From contig JAUZTB010000118.1 of assembly GCA_034780895.1 (NCBI GenBank), positions 48,651,396 to 48,715,395 on the forward strand: a stretch of DNA of 64,000 bases, given 5' to 3'. The notes under the pieces were generated by a model, which saw nothing but the letters and a program-made list of their open reading frames with translations, was not told the origin of the DNA and ran no database searches. Each line of letters opens with the position of its first letter. Within the stretch, counting starts at the first letter, position 1. Source of the DNA: Rhynchobatus australiae. Lineage: Eukaryota. The translations under genes and the position numbers were made by a program. Of the stretch, positions 1-10,854 are shown one piece after another.

Positions 1-359
1 TCCTGACTCCAGTCCTATACCAGTGTGCTGCATTTGGGTTCTCTGTGAGCTTGCTCTTTGCTCAACATTGTGACAATACACCTCTATCAGGCTTCCCCCC
101 TCCCCCCCCACCATCCTCTCCTCTGTCGCTCCAAGGAGAAAAGGCTGAGTTCCCTCAACCTGCTTTCATAAGGCATGCTCTGCATTCCAGGCAACTTCCT
201 CATAAATCTCCTCTGCATCCTTTCTGTAGTGAGATCAGAATTGAGCACAGTACTCCAAGTGGGGTCTGACCAGGGACCTATCTAGCTGCAACAATACTTC
301 TCGGCTCCTAAATTCAATTCCCGATTGATGGAGGACAATACACCATATCCCTTCTTAAC
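1..359 (-). mobile_element. CR1-type LINE fragment (late ORF2)
   Basis: Reverse complement of CR1 ORF2 C-terminal motifs (cacagtactccaagtggggtctgaccag = LVRPHLEYC), homologous to + copies at about 30400-30800 and 51900-52200. Confidence 0.8.
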
Positions 360-405
360 ATTGTGGGCCGAAGGGCCTGTACCATGCTGTAATGTTCCAT
401 GTTTT
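360..405 (+). mobile_element. CR1 3'-terminal fragment
   Basis: gtgggccgaagggcctgtaccatgctgtaatgttccatgtt, the same terminus as other CR1 copies in the window. Confidence 0.7.
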
Positions 406-1061
406 AATTAAGGGGAGAGACCATTTAATTAATGATTTGCTGATAAGGACCACACAGTCGTTATGGGTGTTTGGGCAGCACAGTTGGCGTAAGATGCTAA
501 GTGTTAAGTGGTGATATCATCAATGAGTTAATGTCAGTCGACTCCTGAATGTGAATGCCCTCATTCACATTGCAGTCAAGAAGGTACAGGCACTGTACAC
601 ATCGAGACTAACATTCTGCAAGGAAATGTGGAGCGGGACAGAGATGGTTAGATTTTTAAGTGACAGTGATGTGAAATGATCAGTGTAAGAATGAGTTTTT
701 CCTTTAGCAGTACCCTGGATTAGATGGCCAGGAGGAAAAAAATATGGGTAGCCTGAAAAGGCAGGAGCCTTTTGGAAAAATGGAGACTGAGTTTGTTTAG
801 GGCAACTCAAGCCTGGACCACAAGCAGGCAAACAGAATGGCAGAAATCAACTAGCGAAAAGAGGCTTCAAGCCTTTGAGAGTGAAATGAAAGGTTGTGGC
901 TGGATGTCAGAAAGAGATGGTGATGGGGGGAAACTGAGGGACTTGGTTTGATGAATCTCCTTTTGTAAAGTTGTTTTCTAATTACGACAATAGTCATATC
1001 TAAATTATCCAGATTAATAGCAGCTCCCCTAATCTTAGACAGGAATCAAGTGAGACAAAAA

Positions 1062-1360
1062 GGCAGGCACATTAGTGTAGCAGTTAGCGTAACGCTATTA
1101 AAGCGCCAGCAACCTGGGTTCAATTCCGGCCACTGTCTGTAAGGAGTTTGTACATTCTCCCTGAGTCTGTGTGGACTTCCTCCGGGTGCTCCAGTTTCCT
1201 CCCACATTCCAAAGACATATGGGTTAAGAAGTTGTGGGTATGCTATGTTGGCGCCGGAAGTGTGGCAACACTTGCAGGCTGCTCCCAGAACACTCTACGC
1301 AAAGATGCATTTCACTGTGTTTTGATGTACATGTGACCAATAAAGATATCTTATAAGATC
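1062..1360 (+). mobile_element. V-SINE (tRNA head + V domain)
   Basis: A-box-like tagtgtagcagttag, B-box gggttcaattcc, V-domain ggagtttgtacattctcc...cctccgggtgctccagtttcctcccacattccaaagac, tail ending gtacatgtgaccaataaag. Confidence 0.85.
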
Positions 1361-1642
1361 TTAAATTTTGTAATTGGGGCAGCAGCCAATCGGCAATTAC
1401 CTTATACTATTCTACTGCTTTCCCCTGTCAACATTACCTTAGGCAACTTATCAAGAGTCTATAACTTACTCTAGTTTACTTTTCTGCAAAAATTTACAAC
1501 TGCCTTAGAAATATTTGTCTTCTGAGTTTCCTGGATTTTAAGTCCTGTCAGTATGCTTGTTTTCAATATCTTCACAGATTGGGGCTTTACAAACACGATG
1601 TCATGGCACACAATACCGGCCAATGAAACATTCACTATGTCA

Positions 1643-2132
1643 CAGAAATAGAAAATGCTGGAAGCACTCAGCAAGTGGAACAGCATTAGAGTCAATGTTT
1701 TAGATCAAGGACCCTTCAACAGAACTGGAGAACTGAAAAAAAAACAAGCACGTTTTAAGTTGAGGAGAGGGGGATGGGTGGAATGTCTGTGATGGAGCAC
1801 AGACCAAAGTTGTCAAAGTAACAATTACTTTAAAAAAAATTATGATGAGTCAAAAAAAGAAACAAATTGAAACAGAAGTACAGCTGCCGATAGAGAAGGA
1901 AAAGAGAGGCTGAAATGATTAAATTCAGTATTAAGTCCCAAGTCCGGTAACATATTCAGACAGAATATTCAGATTGTTCTTTGGAAATCATTGGAGCAAT
2001 GTAAGCGGCTGCAGATGGAGGGTCAGAATGGAATGGACTAAGGGCCAGGTGACTGGGTCACTTTGCACATCACTTCTGCAAGAACATCCAGCATTTTCTG
2101 TTTTTGTTTTTAGATCTTCAGCAGATGCAGAT
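1643..2132 (-). mobile_element. Penelope-like element remnant with inverted terminal copy
   Basis: Terminal repeat agaaaatgctggaagcactcagcaag...gacccttcaacagaactg, decayed GIY-YIG region at about 1915-2085, then inverted tccagcattttctgtttttg. Confidence 0.65.
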
Positions 2133-3099
2133 CCTTTGCTCCAATGAACTTCCAGAATTAACATTTGATTTAAAGAAATATGAAAAATCAAAGATTTATT
2201 TTCAATTCAGAGGATTCTCGGGCTAACGTCACTTCTTATATTGAAGAATTTTACAGAATATTCCTTTTTTTCTTCTTGTTCNNNNNNTACTTTATAATTT
2301 GCAGTATCGTTCCATTCTGAGGTAGATTACATAGTTAAAATATTTTGTCTGTGCTCTCCACAGCTGTCTGACAGCTGAGTATTTCTAGTATTTGTTCCTC
2401 TTCCTTACAGAGGCCTTTAGACATTGAGGGGAAAAAATAGCCTCCAAAGGAAATTTCTTGACTCATTTTGAATGCATTTTCTACATGGAATTAATTATCT
2501 TTTGGAAGCAAATTTAATTAAAATTAAATTTAAAACAAAGCTGAATGGGTGTTGAAACATAGCATTTGGCTAGTTTTAGCTTTTAAAAATGTGAGGGATA
2601 CTGTCTGATTTAATCCAGTTTGATTTATTGGTTTTATCCTTGGAGACAATAGCAGCCTTTTCAGTGCAGCCATCTTTTAATATGATGCTTAACCAAGGAT
2701 TGACTTGGAGTTTTCAGTGTATGACATGAAGATGTTTTTCATTCAAACAAAAATAGAGACCACAGTTTGGCAGCCTCCTTTTTTTCATTCTGCTCCTCCA
2801 AGGAGTAGTCAATATACGCTAATTATTTATGTAATGAGGTTTTGTGGGTTTCGCTTCGGCAGACATCGGGACTTCTGAACAGATAAGTTTTTCTTCATCT
2901 TTTTTTAAATAGGGTTTTTATTATAAGGTTTGGTTTTATAAGGTTCTTTTTTACAAGTTTTTATATAAATTTTAATCGGGAATAGTGGGGACTGGNNNNN
3001 NNNNNNNNNNNNNNNNNNNNNNNNNNNNNNNNNNNNNNNNNNNNNNNNNNNNNNNNNNNNNNNNNNNNNNNNNNNNNNNNNNNNNNNNNNNNNNNTAAG

Positions 3100-3212
3100 C
3101 ATATCAAGGAATTTAAGATAGAGGGATATTTGAGAGGAAGGGGTTAGCTAGTCTTAGGTGTGATTTGAAGGTCAGCACAACATGGTGGGCTGAAGGGCCT
3201 GTATTGTGCTAT
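3100..3212 (+). mobile_element. CR1 3' end
   Basis: cagcacaacatggtgggctgaagggcctgtattgtgcta, next to a gap. Confidence 0.65.
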
Positions 3213-4209
3213 TGGTAATTCAGCAAGATGATTTAACTTTAGTCCCATTCACCTGAATAATTGTGACTGCTGCCTTCTTGGTCAACGTGTACACCAAAAG
3301 CACCAATGAGAAAGTCAGATTTGGTGCTGAAGAACAAAGGAGAGAGAATTTGAAGGGGTATAGATTGGAGATAAAATGAGTGGTATCTTTAACTCACACA
3401 CCTTCATATAGCTATTTAATTGTCCATTAGCATGAATGGCTTTCAAGGGTTCTGCTAGATGTGAGATTTTGTCTTAAAATACCAAACTTGGTATCAACGT
3501 AAATAGAACAGTGTTACATGTTACAATAACTATTGTCCATTTAGTAAGTTGAACAATGACAACCCAACAATTGTAGGAATTGAGTGTTTCATATGTTCTT
3601 TTATGCATCAATATATTCACAAACAGGGTGTTCAAGCACAAAAATTATTTTTGAAGTTNNNNNNNNNNNNNNNNNNNNNNNNNNNNNNNNNNNNNNNNNN
3701 NNNNNNNNNNNNNNNNNNNNNNNNNNNNNNNNNNNNNNNNNNNNNNNNNNNNNNNNNNNNNNNNNNNNNNNNNNNNNNNNNNNNNNNNNNNNNNNNNNNN
3801 NNNNNNNNNNNNNNNNNNNNNNNNNNNNNNNNNNNNNNNNNNNNNNNNNNNNNNNNNNNNNNNNNNNNNNNNNNNNNNNNNNNNNNNNNNNNNNNNNNNN
3901 NNNNNNNNNNNNNNNNNNNNNNNNNNNNNNNNNNNNNNNNNNNNNNNNNNNNNNNNNNNNNNNNNTCACTGAAGTCTAGGAGCAAATCAGCTGGAGATAG
4001 TCCGATATCTAGGTTTCTCTCAGCAAAGGAGGAATTATATTGTATTTTAAATATATCAATCTCTGTAAGTGCACTAAAGTACAAGCGATTATGATATGGT
4101 TGCCAATACGAGATCCCCAAAACAATATTTAGAATAGGCATGGTATTTAGAATAATCATAACGCAAGCAAGCAGAATCAGTTTGGTTTTATGAAAGTAAT
4201 TCAATTAAC

Positions 4210-4390
4210 CCAATTCGTGTGCTTTTTGATGATGCAACAAGCAGGATGAATGAAGGGAAATAGTGGATGTCATAAATGGATTTTCAGGAGACATTTGATA
4301 AGATACTTAAAAGGTTACTTGCACAAAGAAAGATTATGACATTGGGGGTGGTGTGCTAGCATGGATGAAGGATTGGCTAATTAACAGATT
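4210..4390 (+). mobile_element. CR1 RT fragment
   Basis: gtggatgtc...atggattttcaggagacatttgataag (VDV..DFQ.AFDK-like) and gcatggatgaaggattggctaa. Confidence 0.7.
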
Positions 4391-5645
4391 CTAATTATTA
4401 AAAAAAATTATCTGCATCAATTATTCCTAACAGGAGGATAAGATTTTTTATAGATGTGCAACCTCAGTGGTTTGCAAGATTAAATATTGCAAATTCCTTG
4501 TAACTATTGGTAATTAAGAATTTCAGACTACTCCATTTAATGCAACTAAATACAAGGTCAGGAGCAAAAGCATCAAATTGTAAACCTTCATATCAGCACT
4601 CAACCACGTTGTAATTGTGCTGGGATTATAAACTTGATTTTAACTGGCAATTGTTACTATAGGTAATGAAGAACAAACACTGCACACTATCAGCCAAGTT
4701 GCTAGCTTGATCCAAAATGATGTGTCAGTATAAAGATTTGTTTACACAAGAGAAAGATTTATGTAAATATACTGATCACAGCAAGGTGGACATTTGTTCA
4801 GTTAAAATATAAATGCATTCAGGTACATTTAATCCAAGCAAAATTATTTAATGGTCTTGAAAATAAAACATTATTATTTGTAAAAGTAGGAAATAGGCTG
4901 TGTGGATAATGGTTTCAGCATTTGTACCATTTATATTGAGTGTAGCGTCACCATTTATATTCAGTGTAGTATCTCTGCATTAACAAAATAGCACTGAATG
5001 TTCATTTTACTTCAATTGTTTTCATTCTTTGTAGATGTATTGTTCAACTCCATATAAAGAAAATTGAACACCACACTGTCCTCAATAGGCCCATTTCGCT
5101 TGGAATTNNNNNNNNNNNNNNNNNNNNNNNNNNNNNCCGCCAAGAATCATATGTTAATATGTACATGTAATATCAGGTTCAGCTCCCTCTCTTAACTCAA
5201 CCACTTTGCTAGAAAGTTTCTGGAAATAAATGTGAAATTCAGTGTTTTTTTTCATTCCGTGGATTCTGTTGATTACAGATCCTTTCAGAAACATACAATG
5301 GGTGACAGTACTTGAGGTCTGCTGATGAAATCAGTTTTGACCTTTTCCATTGCTGACTGGATATTATCTACAGAATCTGAGTAAACTCTATAATTTTTAA
5401 CTAGATATTGAGAATACATTGCAATTCTACATGTTGCCCTTTTCCAACCGAAGGGCAAGTTGCTTCAGAGGATTTAGCTCAGTAGCAACAGGTCTGTTCA
5501 TGGTTCATGTTCCAATTTAGTATTTGCATAGATCATTTGGCCTAGGTTGGAAAGACCCAGGGGTTGCAATGTCATTGGAGGGAAAACCACGAGTTTGAAA
5601 ACTAACTAAATGCTCAACTTCTGTTAAGATTTATTGCCAAAATTT

Positions 5646-6220
5646 CAGGGTAAACCAGAGGAATTGTCCCCAGAGTCCTATCAAATATATATCCCTCAAC
5701 CACGAAAAACAATCCGATTACAGGCAGCTCCCAGGTTATGACAGGGTTCCTTTCCCAAGAACTGTTCATAACCTGAACTGTTCTTAAGTCAGAAGTGAAC
5801 AAAAACAATTGTGATGGGAAAGCAAGCAGGTAGGGGAAGAGCAGCTGCCAGCTGGCCTCACTGACACAGTGAGTGGGTGAGTCTGCTCAGCGCTCCCAGC
5901 TCTACTCAGCTTGACCCAACCCCTGAGTGTTGCAGCTATTGTGGAAAGAGAGAAGGTACGTGGAATGCCTCATTCCACAGCAGCTGGCAAATCCATCCCG
6001 CTAGTCTCCCAAACGCTTGTTCACATGTACAGCGCGTCCATAAGTCAGGTGTTTGTTACCTGGGGAGGACCTGTATCTGATCATCATCACATAACTGTTT
6101 GTGGGTGCTTGGTGTCCAAAAATTATCCACATTACAAAGTGACTACACTATTATTTCATGGACCATAAAACACTAGGATAATTTCTGAAGGAGTGAAAGA
6201 CGTTAATAAAAGTCTCATTC
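5646..6220 (+). mobile_element. DeuSINE (SacSINE1/AmnSINE1-like) remnant split by a MITE
   Basis: ccccagagtcctatcaaatatatatccctcaacc...gatta | tatctgatcatcatcacataactgtttgtgggtgcttg...cattacaaagtgactacact resembles the Deu domain and tail. Similar to 53990-54195. Confidence 0.7.
5721..6073. mobile_element. Tc1/mariner (pogo/Tigger-like) MITE
   Basis: Imperfect TIRs caggcagctcccaggttatga / tgttacctggggaggacctg, with TA on both sides (5719-20, 6074-75). No coding capacity. Confidence 0.8.
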
Positions 6221-6486
6221 TGAATATTTGATATTTAGATATTTGAACTTGCCAAGAGTTTCATCTGGGTGAAAATGAGTGCCAAAGAACAGATCAGCAG
6301 CCTACTCTTTGCAATTGCTTTTAGAAAATGCAAGTCTTGCTGTATTGTCTTATTCACATTGTTTAATTCAGATTACTCAAAAATTCAATTTCAGTGATAA
6401 GTGAATCAGCATATAGAACCCAAAAAGTACTTTTCTAGTTAAGCCTTGCACAAGTAAATAACCAGGAGAATGATTAATTAGTTTTT

Positions 6487-6492
6487 TTTATT
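6487..6492 (-). promoter_or_regulatory. Candidate polyadenylation signal (AATAAA) for TDRD7
   Basis: tttatt on +, about 310 nt downstream of the stop. Hexamer only, in AT-rich context. Confidence 0.3.
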
Positions 6493-6804
6493 CCTACACA
6501 ACCCTTCACTTCAAATACATGGCCAATGGCAAAGGCTGATGGGCAAACCAAAAGCGCATTTTCAATAAACAAATTTCTTCAGTAATCCAAACATTGTTAA
6601 GTGAACAAACAAATCATTCTGTTATGTTTTTTTTTACAGAAGAGCAGGAGGCTTTCAAATCTTATAGTGTCACCAACATACCATTCAAATTATTTTGAAC
6701 CCTTGTAAATAACAGCAAACTAGATTACGTGTTGTGCTCTCATTTCAGTTNNNNNNAATGGTCAGAAATTAAAGTTACTTTGAAAGTGTTAAGGTAAACA
6801 ATGA

Positions 6805-7025
6805 TTACGCAACTTTTGACAGCTCTGCAAGATATTCTGTCAGCAGATCATGTATCCAGATATCTGTATCTGGAAGGGATGTATCCACTAGGTAAGTCAC
6901 CACTTTCCGATCCCAGGGATTTGCACTCCCCTGAACAGTTTGTATTTGGGCCACTAGAGGCTTCCTCTCAACATGATTACGGAAGACAATCGATGCTTCC
7001 TCTGACCATTGTTCACATTTCACAC
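6805..7025 (-). CDS. TDRD7: TDRD7 terminal coding exon
   Basis: (G)[30 protein letters not shown]...[36 protein letters not shown]. Acceptor ttattttgcAG, TAA at 6805-6807. Confidence 0.97.
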
Positions 7026-7309
7026 CTGCAAAATAACATGATAAAATGACAAATATTTACTAGAATTAGTTTTTGAAAAACTCAACCTTTCCAAAGAAGC
7101 AACAAATAACTAAATACCAACAAATTCAAGTTTATTAAACTACTGATTCCAAATTCTCCCCCACTTTTAATTTAAGAATTTAAATTAGAAATTTAAACTA
7201 GGATTTAAACTAGAAATACATCCTAGAAGTTAACTATTAGTATACTTGCCTTGAAGGAATTTACCCATCAGAAAGAATTAAGGAAGACTGACCTAAGCTG
7301 ATTGGATTT

Positions 7310-7870
7310 TACAAGAATGAAGTGATCTCATAAGATTCCATGAGGGATTGAGAAAGTGGATACTGAGAAGCTTGTTTACCCTGGAGTGCTGAGAGCCAGG
7401 GAACACAGTTCTAAACTGGCAAGCCCTTTTATCCCGAGTTTGGAGATGAGAAATTTCTTCATGCAGAGGCTTATAAATCTGTGGAATTCTCTACCTCAGA
7501 AGGGTTGTAAAGACCAAGAATGATACTTTCTGACGTTTCTAGAGTTCGTTGGATTCATACCTTTATGTTCTTAAGTTTATGCAATTCTTGGCTTTATAAA
7601 TAGAAGCATAAAATACAAAAATAGTAGGATTTGGCATTTATTAATGACTGGTTAAGGCTTTGCCATAGTACGTGTCAATTCTGGGCACCACATCTTACAA
7701 ATGACTTCAAGGTCTTCATTGAATTTACACCTGGAATAAAGAATTCAGCCACATGGAGACACTAGAACAACTAGATCTTTTTAAACTTAGTATAGAGCAA
7801 GAAAAAAAATTAAGGCACATTCAAGATGGAGTGTTTTTGATAAAAATTAAAAGGGATAAGGCATTTCCAC
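7310..7870 (+). mobile_element. Highly decayed CR1 3' fragments
   Basis: gatgagaaatttcttcatgcagaggcttataaatctgtggaattctctacc and aattctgggcaccacatctt. Confidence 0.55.
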
Positions 7871-7899
7871 CACTATGTTGTGGTTTTTGGAGGTCAATC

Positions 7900-8550
7900 A
7901 TCCAGCCCAGCACATCACTGCAGGTCTTGCTCAGGGCAGTGTACTGGGCCCAACCATTTTCAACTGCTTCATTAATGATCTTTCCATCAATGAGGCCAGA
8001 GGTGGGATGTTTGCTGACAATTATGAAATGTTTAATTCCACTTACAGATCCTTAGAAATGAAGCAATCCATGGTTGCATGCAAAAAGACCTAGACATTAT
8101 CAGCCCATGCCTGAATGTTAAGTGGCAAGTAACATTCATGCCACAAAACTCCCTGGCAATGATCATATCCAACAAAAAATAATCTACCCACCTATCCTTG
8201 ATGTTCAATGTCATTACCATTGCCAAGACCCCACTATCAATATCCTGGAGGGGTTACCATTGACCAAGCCACATAAATATCATGGCTGCAAGAGCTGGTC
8301 AGAAGCTGTGTATTCTGCAGCAAGTGATACACATCCTGCCATGCCATGGTCTTTCTATCATCCACCATGCACAAGTCAGGACTGTGATAGAATACTCTCC
8401 ACGTGCCAGGATGAGGAATTCAGATACAACAACTTTCAAGCAACTCAACATCAACCAAGGCAAAGCAGTTCACTGATTGCCAGCCCAACAACCACCCTAA
8501 ACATTCATTCTCTCCACCACTGATGCACAATGGCTACCATCTACAAATGC
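7900..8550 (+). mobile_element. CR1/L2-group LINE RT fragment (second family)
   Basis: ORF track GLAQGSVLGPTIFNCFINDL...MFADN (RT QGS and FADD motifs) and AQVRTVIEYSP...QLNINQGKA. Frameshifted. Confidence 0.85.
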
Positions 8551-8559
8551 CCTGGGCTT

Positions 8560-8693
8560 ATTTTAATTTAATTTAATTTTATTTACAGTGTGGTAACAGG
8601 CCCAACGAGTCCGCGACACCCATTTTAAACCCCAAATTAACCTACCCATACGTCTTTAGAATGTGGGAGGAAACCAGAGCACCTGGAGGAAAC
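8560..8693 (-). mobile_element. V-SINE 3' half
   Basis: Reverse complement of 40740-40870 (gaatgtgggaggaaaccagagcacctggaggaaac), with an (aattt)n tail. Runs into a gap. Confidence 0.85.
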
Positions 8694-9533
8694 NNNNNNN
8701 NNNNNNNNNNNNNNNNNNNNNNNNNNNNNNNNNNNNNNNNNNNNNNNNNNNNNNNNNNNNNNNNNNNNNNNNNNNNNNNNNNNNNNNNNNNNNGAAGCCT
8801 TTACTCATGTTTCAACTTATGGCTTTCTGAACTGAACTTTAAGAACCATTCCTGGATGTGGAGTTTGGGAATTTGCCACACACACACACGACAAGTTTAG
8901 TTTTTGGGGTTAATGTTCAAGATTTAACATTTTTACTTCTAACATTCTAACATTTTTCCTTTGATTTTACTTATTATCATAAGTAGTTAATAATAAAGTA
9001 GATTTTAACACTTATACACGTCTCGGTGTGTTTCTTTTGTTGCTGGTTTGTAACAGAGGTTACTGTCATATAGTCATAATATCTTTTGACTTCCTTAGCA
9101 TACTTTTAGTCTGCTTTTTTTTTGGGGGGGGGTTCCTATGGATCACAATTACAGCTCCAGACAATTACTACAATAATTTCTACTCATGAGAACAGTGCAC
9201 TTGCATTCAACTTGTTACATTTTGATCATAGATTGGAATTTTTATTTAGTAGAACATCTAAAATACAATGAACATTAACCTAAAACTGGTTTAAAATAAG
9301 TAAATATGATAATTCAACTACCCTTACAAATGATTTCATTTCAAGAAATGGTGGACACAAAACAAAGGGCTCACAGTATTCCCAATACACATCAGGAAAT
9401 GTACACCATCCAGTGAGTTACCTTTTGCAATTTAAACCATTATGAGGACTGATAATTATCAACTTTGGTCCATTTCTTTGCAATGTTATAAAGTAGCTAC
9501 TGAACAACAGTAACATTTATACGCTTAACTCAC

Positions 9534-9694
9534 CTGCCAACTGCGCTGTAATGGCTTGGAAAGGCAACTGACGGAATTGTGGCACCAGCGTCTGCACCTT
9601 CCTACAGCTCACCAGCTCATGCCGGCCATAATCCAATTGATACACAGACACCAAACCATTTGTAAGAATCCCTTTCACCAGCACACGATACCAC
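9534..9694 (-). CDS. TDRD7: TDRD7 penultimate exon, Tudor domain 3
   Basis: [53 protein letters not shown](G). Acceptor aattcaAG, donor GTGAGT. 161 nt, phase 2 in, phase 1 out. Confidence 0.96.
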
Positions 9695-9761
9695 CTTGAA
9701 TTACAATGAAAACACACCAAGAAAATATATGAAGCATGAAGTAATTATTATGGATACAAAA

Positions 9762-10150
9762 GTACTTGAGGAACTCATGTCAGGCAGCATAAATGGAGGG
9801 AAATAAACAGTTGACGTTTTGGGTTGAGACCCTTTAACAGGACTGAAAAGGGCAGGAGCCAGAATAAGGTAGTCAGGGGAGGGGGAGGAGAATAGGCTGG
9901 CAGGTAATAGGTGAGTCCNNNNNNNNNNNNNNNNNNNNNNNNNNNNNNNNNNNNNNNNNNNNNNNNNNNNNNNNNNNNNNNNNNNNCTGAAAAGGTGATA
10001 GGTAAAGGGCTGAAGGAGTAATCCAGTAGGAGAGGGCAGTAGACCATGGGGGGAAAAAAGGGAAGGAGGTGGGGAATAGATGGGCAGGTCATGAGGGCAG
10101 GGGAAGGGAAAGAGAAGGGGTGAGTGGGCCATGAGAATAAGGGAAAACTT
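9762..10150 (-). mobile_element. Penelope-like terminal region
   Basis: gaggaactcatgtcaggcagcataaatggagggaaataaacagttgacgttttgggttgagaccctt followed by a purine-rich tract, as in other copies. Confidence 0.7.
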
Positions 10151-10444
10151 CTGCAGAATCTCTTGTGTCAAGTTATTAATGAAACAGAAATCGTTCTCAA
10201 AGTCTCAATGCACACCCAGTTTGCTAATCATTCAGCACTGCTCTTCAGCTTTCACAAATAAATGATCATTCACTTGAACCATGGATACAACGACAAAATC
10301 ACAGAGGCCATTAAAAACATTCTCAAGGAACAAAAACAATTTGACAAAGTGGCCAACTTAAGGCAGTCATATCAATGTCCAAGTTTTACAATAAAAGCCT
10401 TTTATGGGCACAAAGCATGCTAACATTTTGAAAATATAAAAAAA

Positions 10445-10520
10445 AACTGCAGATGCTGGAAATCTGAAATAAAAACAAAATAATAGACACACACAGCAGG
10501 TCAGGAATCATCTGTAGAAA
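10445..10520 (-). mobile_element. Penelope-like terminal repeat fragment
   Basis: ctgcagatgctggaaatctgaaataaaaac...cagcaggtcaggaatcatctgtagaaag. Confidence 0.65.
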
Positions 10521-10854
10521 GTGAATGTAGCACTTTGTATCCCTCAAGTTTTTGCCCAGATCAAAGGTGCACGATATAAAGACGACCATTAAAAACATGT
10601 TTATTTTTCCTCATTTCCTTTGACAGGTATTACCCACACGTGTGCAACAATGACAGGAGTATAGTAATGGAAAGTGCAAGGTGTCCTTGAACAGAGGAGT
10701 GCAGAGTCTGGCCAACTTTGCAATCAAGGTGGAAGGATACCAGTGCTGTGATCTGGGATCTTCACAGACTTGACTTCTTGTGGTATCAATGAACAGACTT
10801 ACAGATGGATATAGGCAAAAAAAAGTTAAAAAAATTATATAAAGAAAATCAAAG

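Noticed and set aside
2851-2864. cgcttcggcag resembles the 5' end of U6 snRNA
   Set aside because: Only about 11 nt match and the following sequence is not U6.
4926-4972. Two-copy 24-bp tandem repeat (accatttatatt.agtgtag), with similar small duplications near 7190 and 23548
   Set aside because: Ordinary slippage duplications, with no spacer-repeat or CRISPR-like structure.
6801-7049. Plus-strand ORFs overlapping TDRD7 exons (6801-7049, 14449-14649, 23675-23923)
   Set aside because: Antisense shadows of real coding exons.
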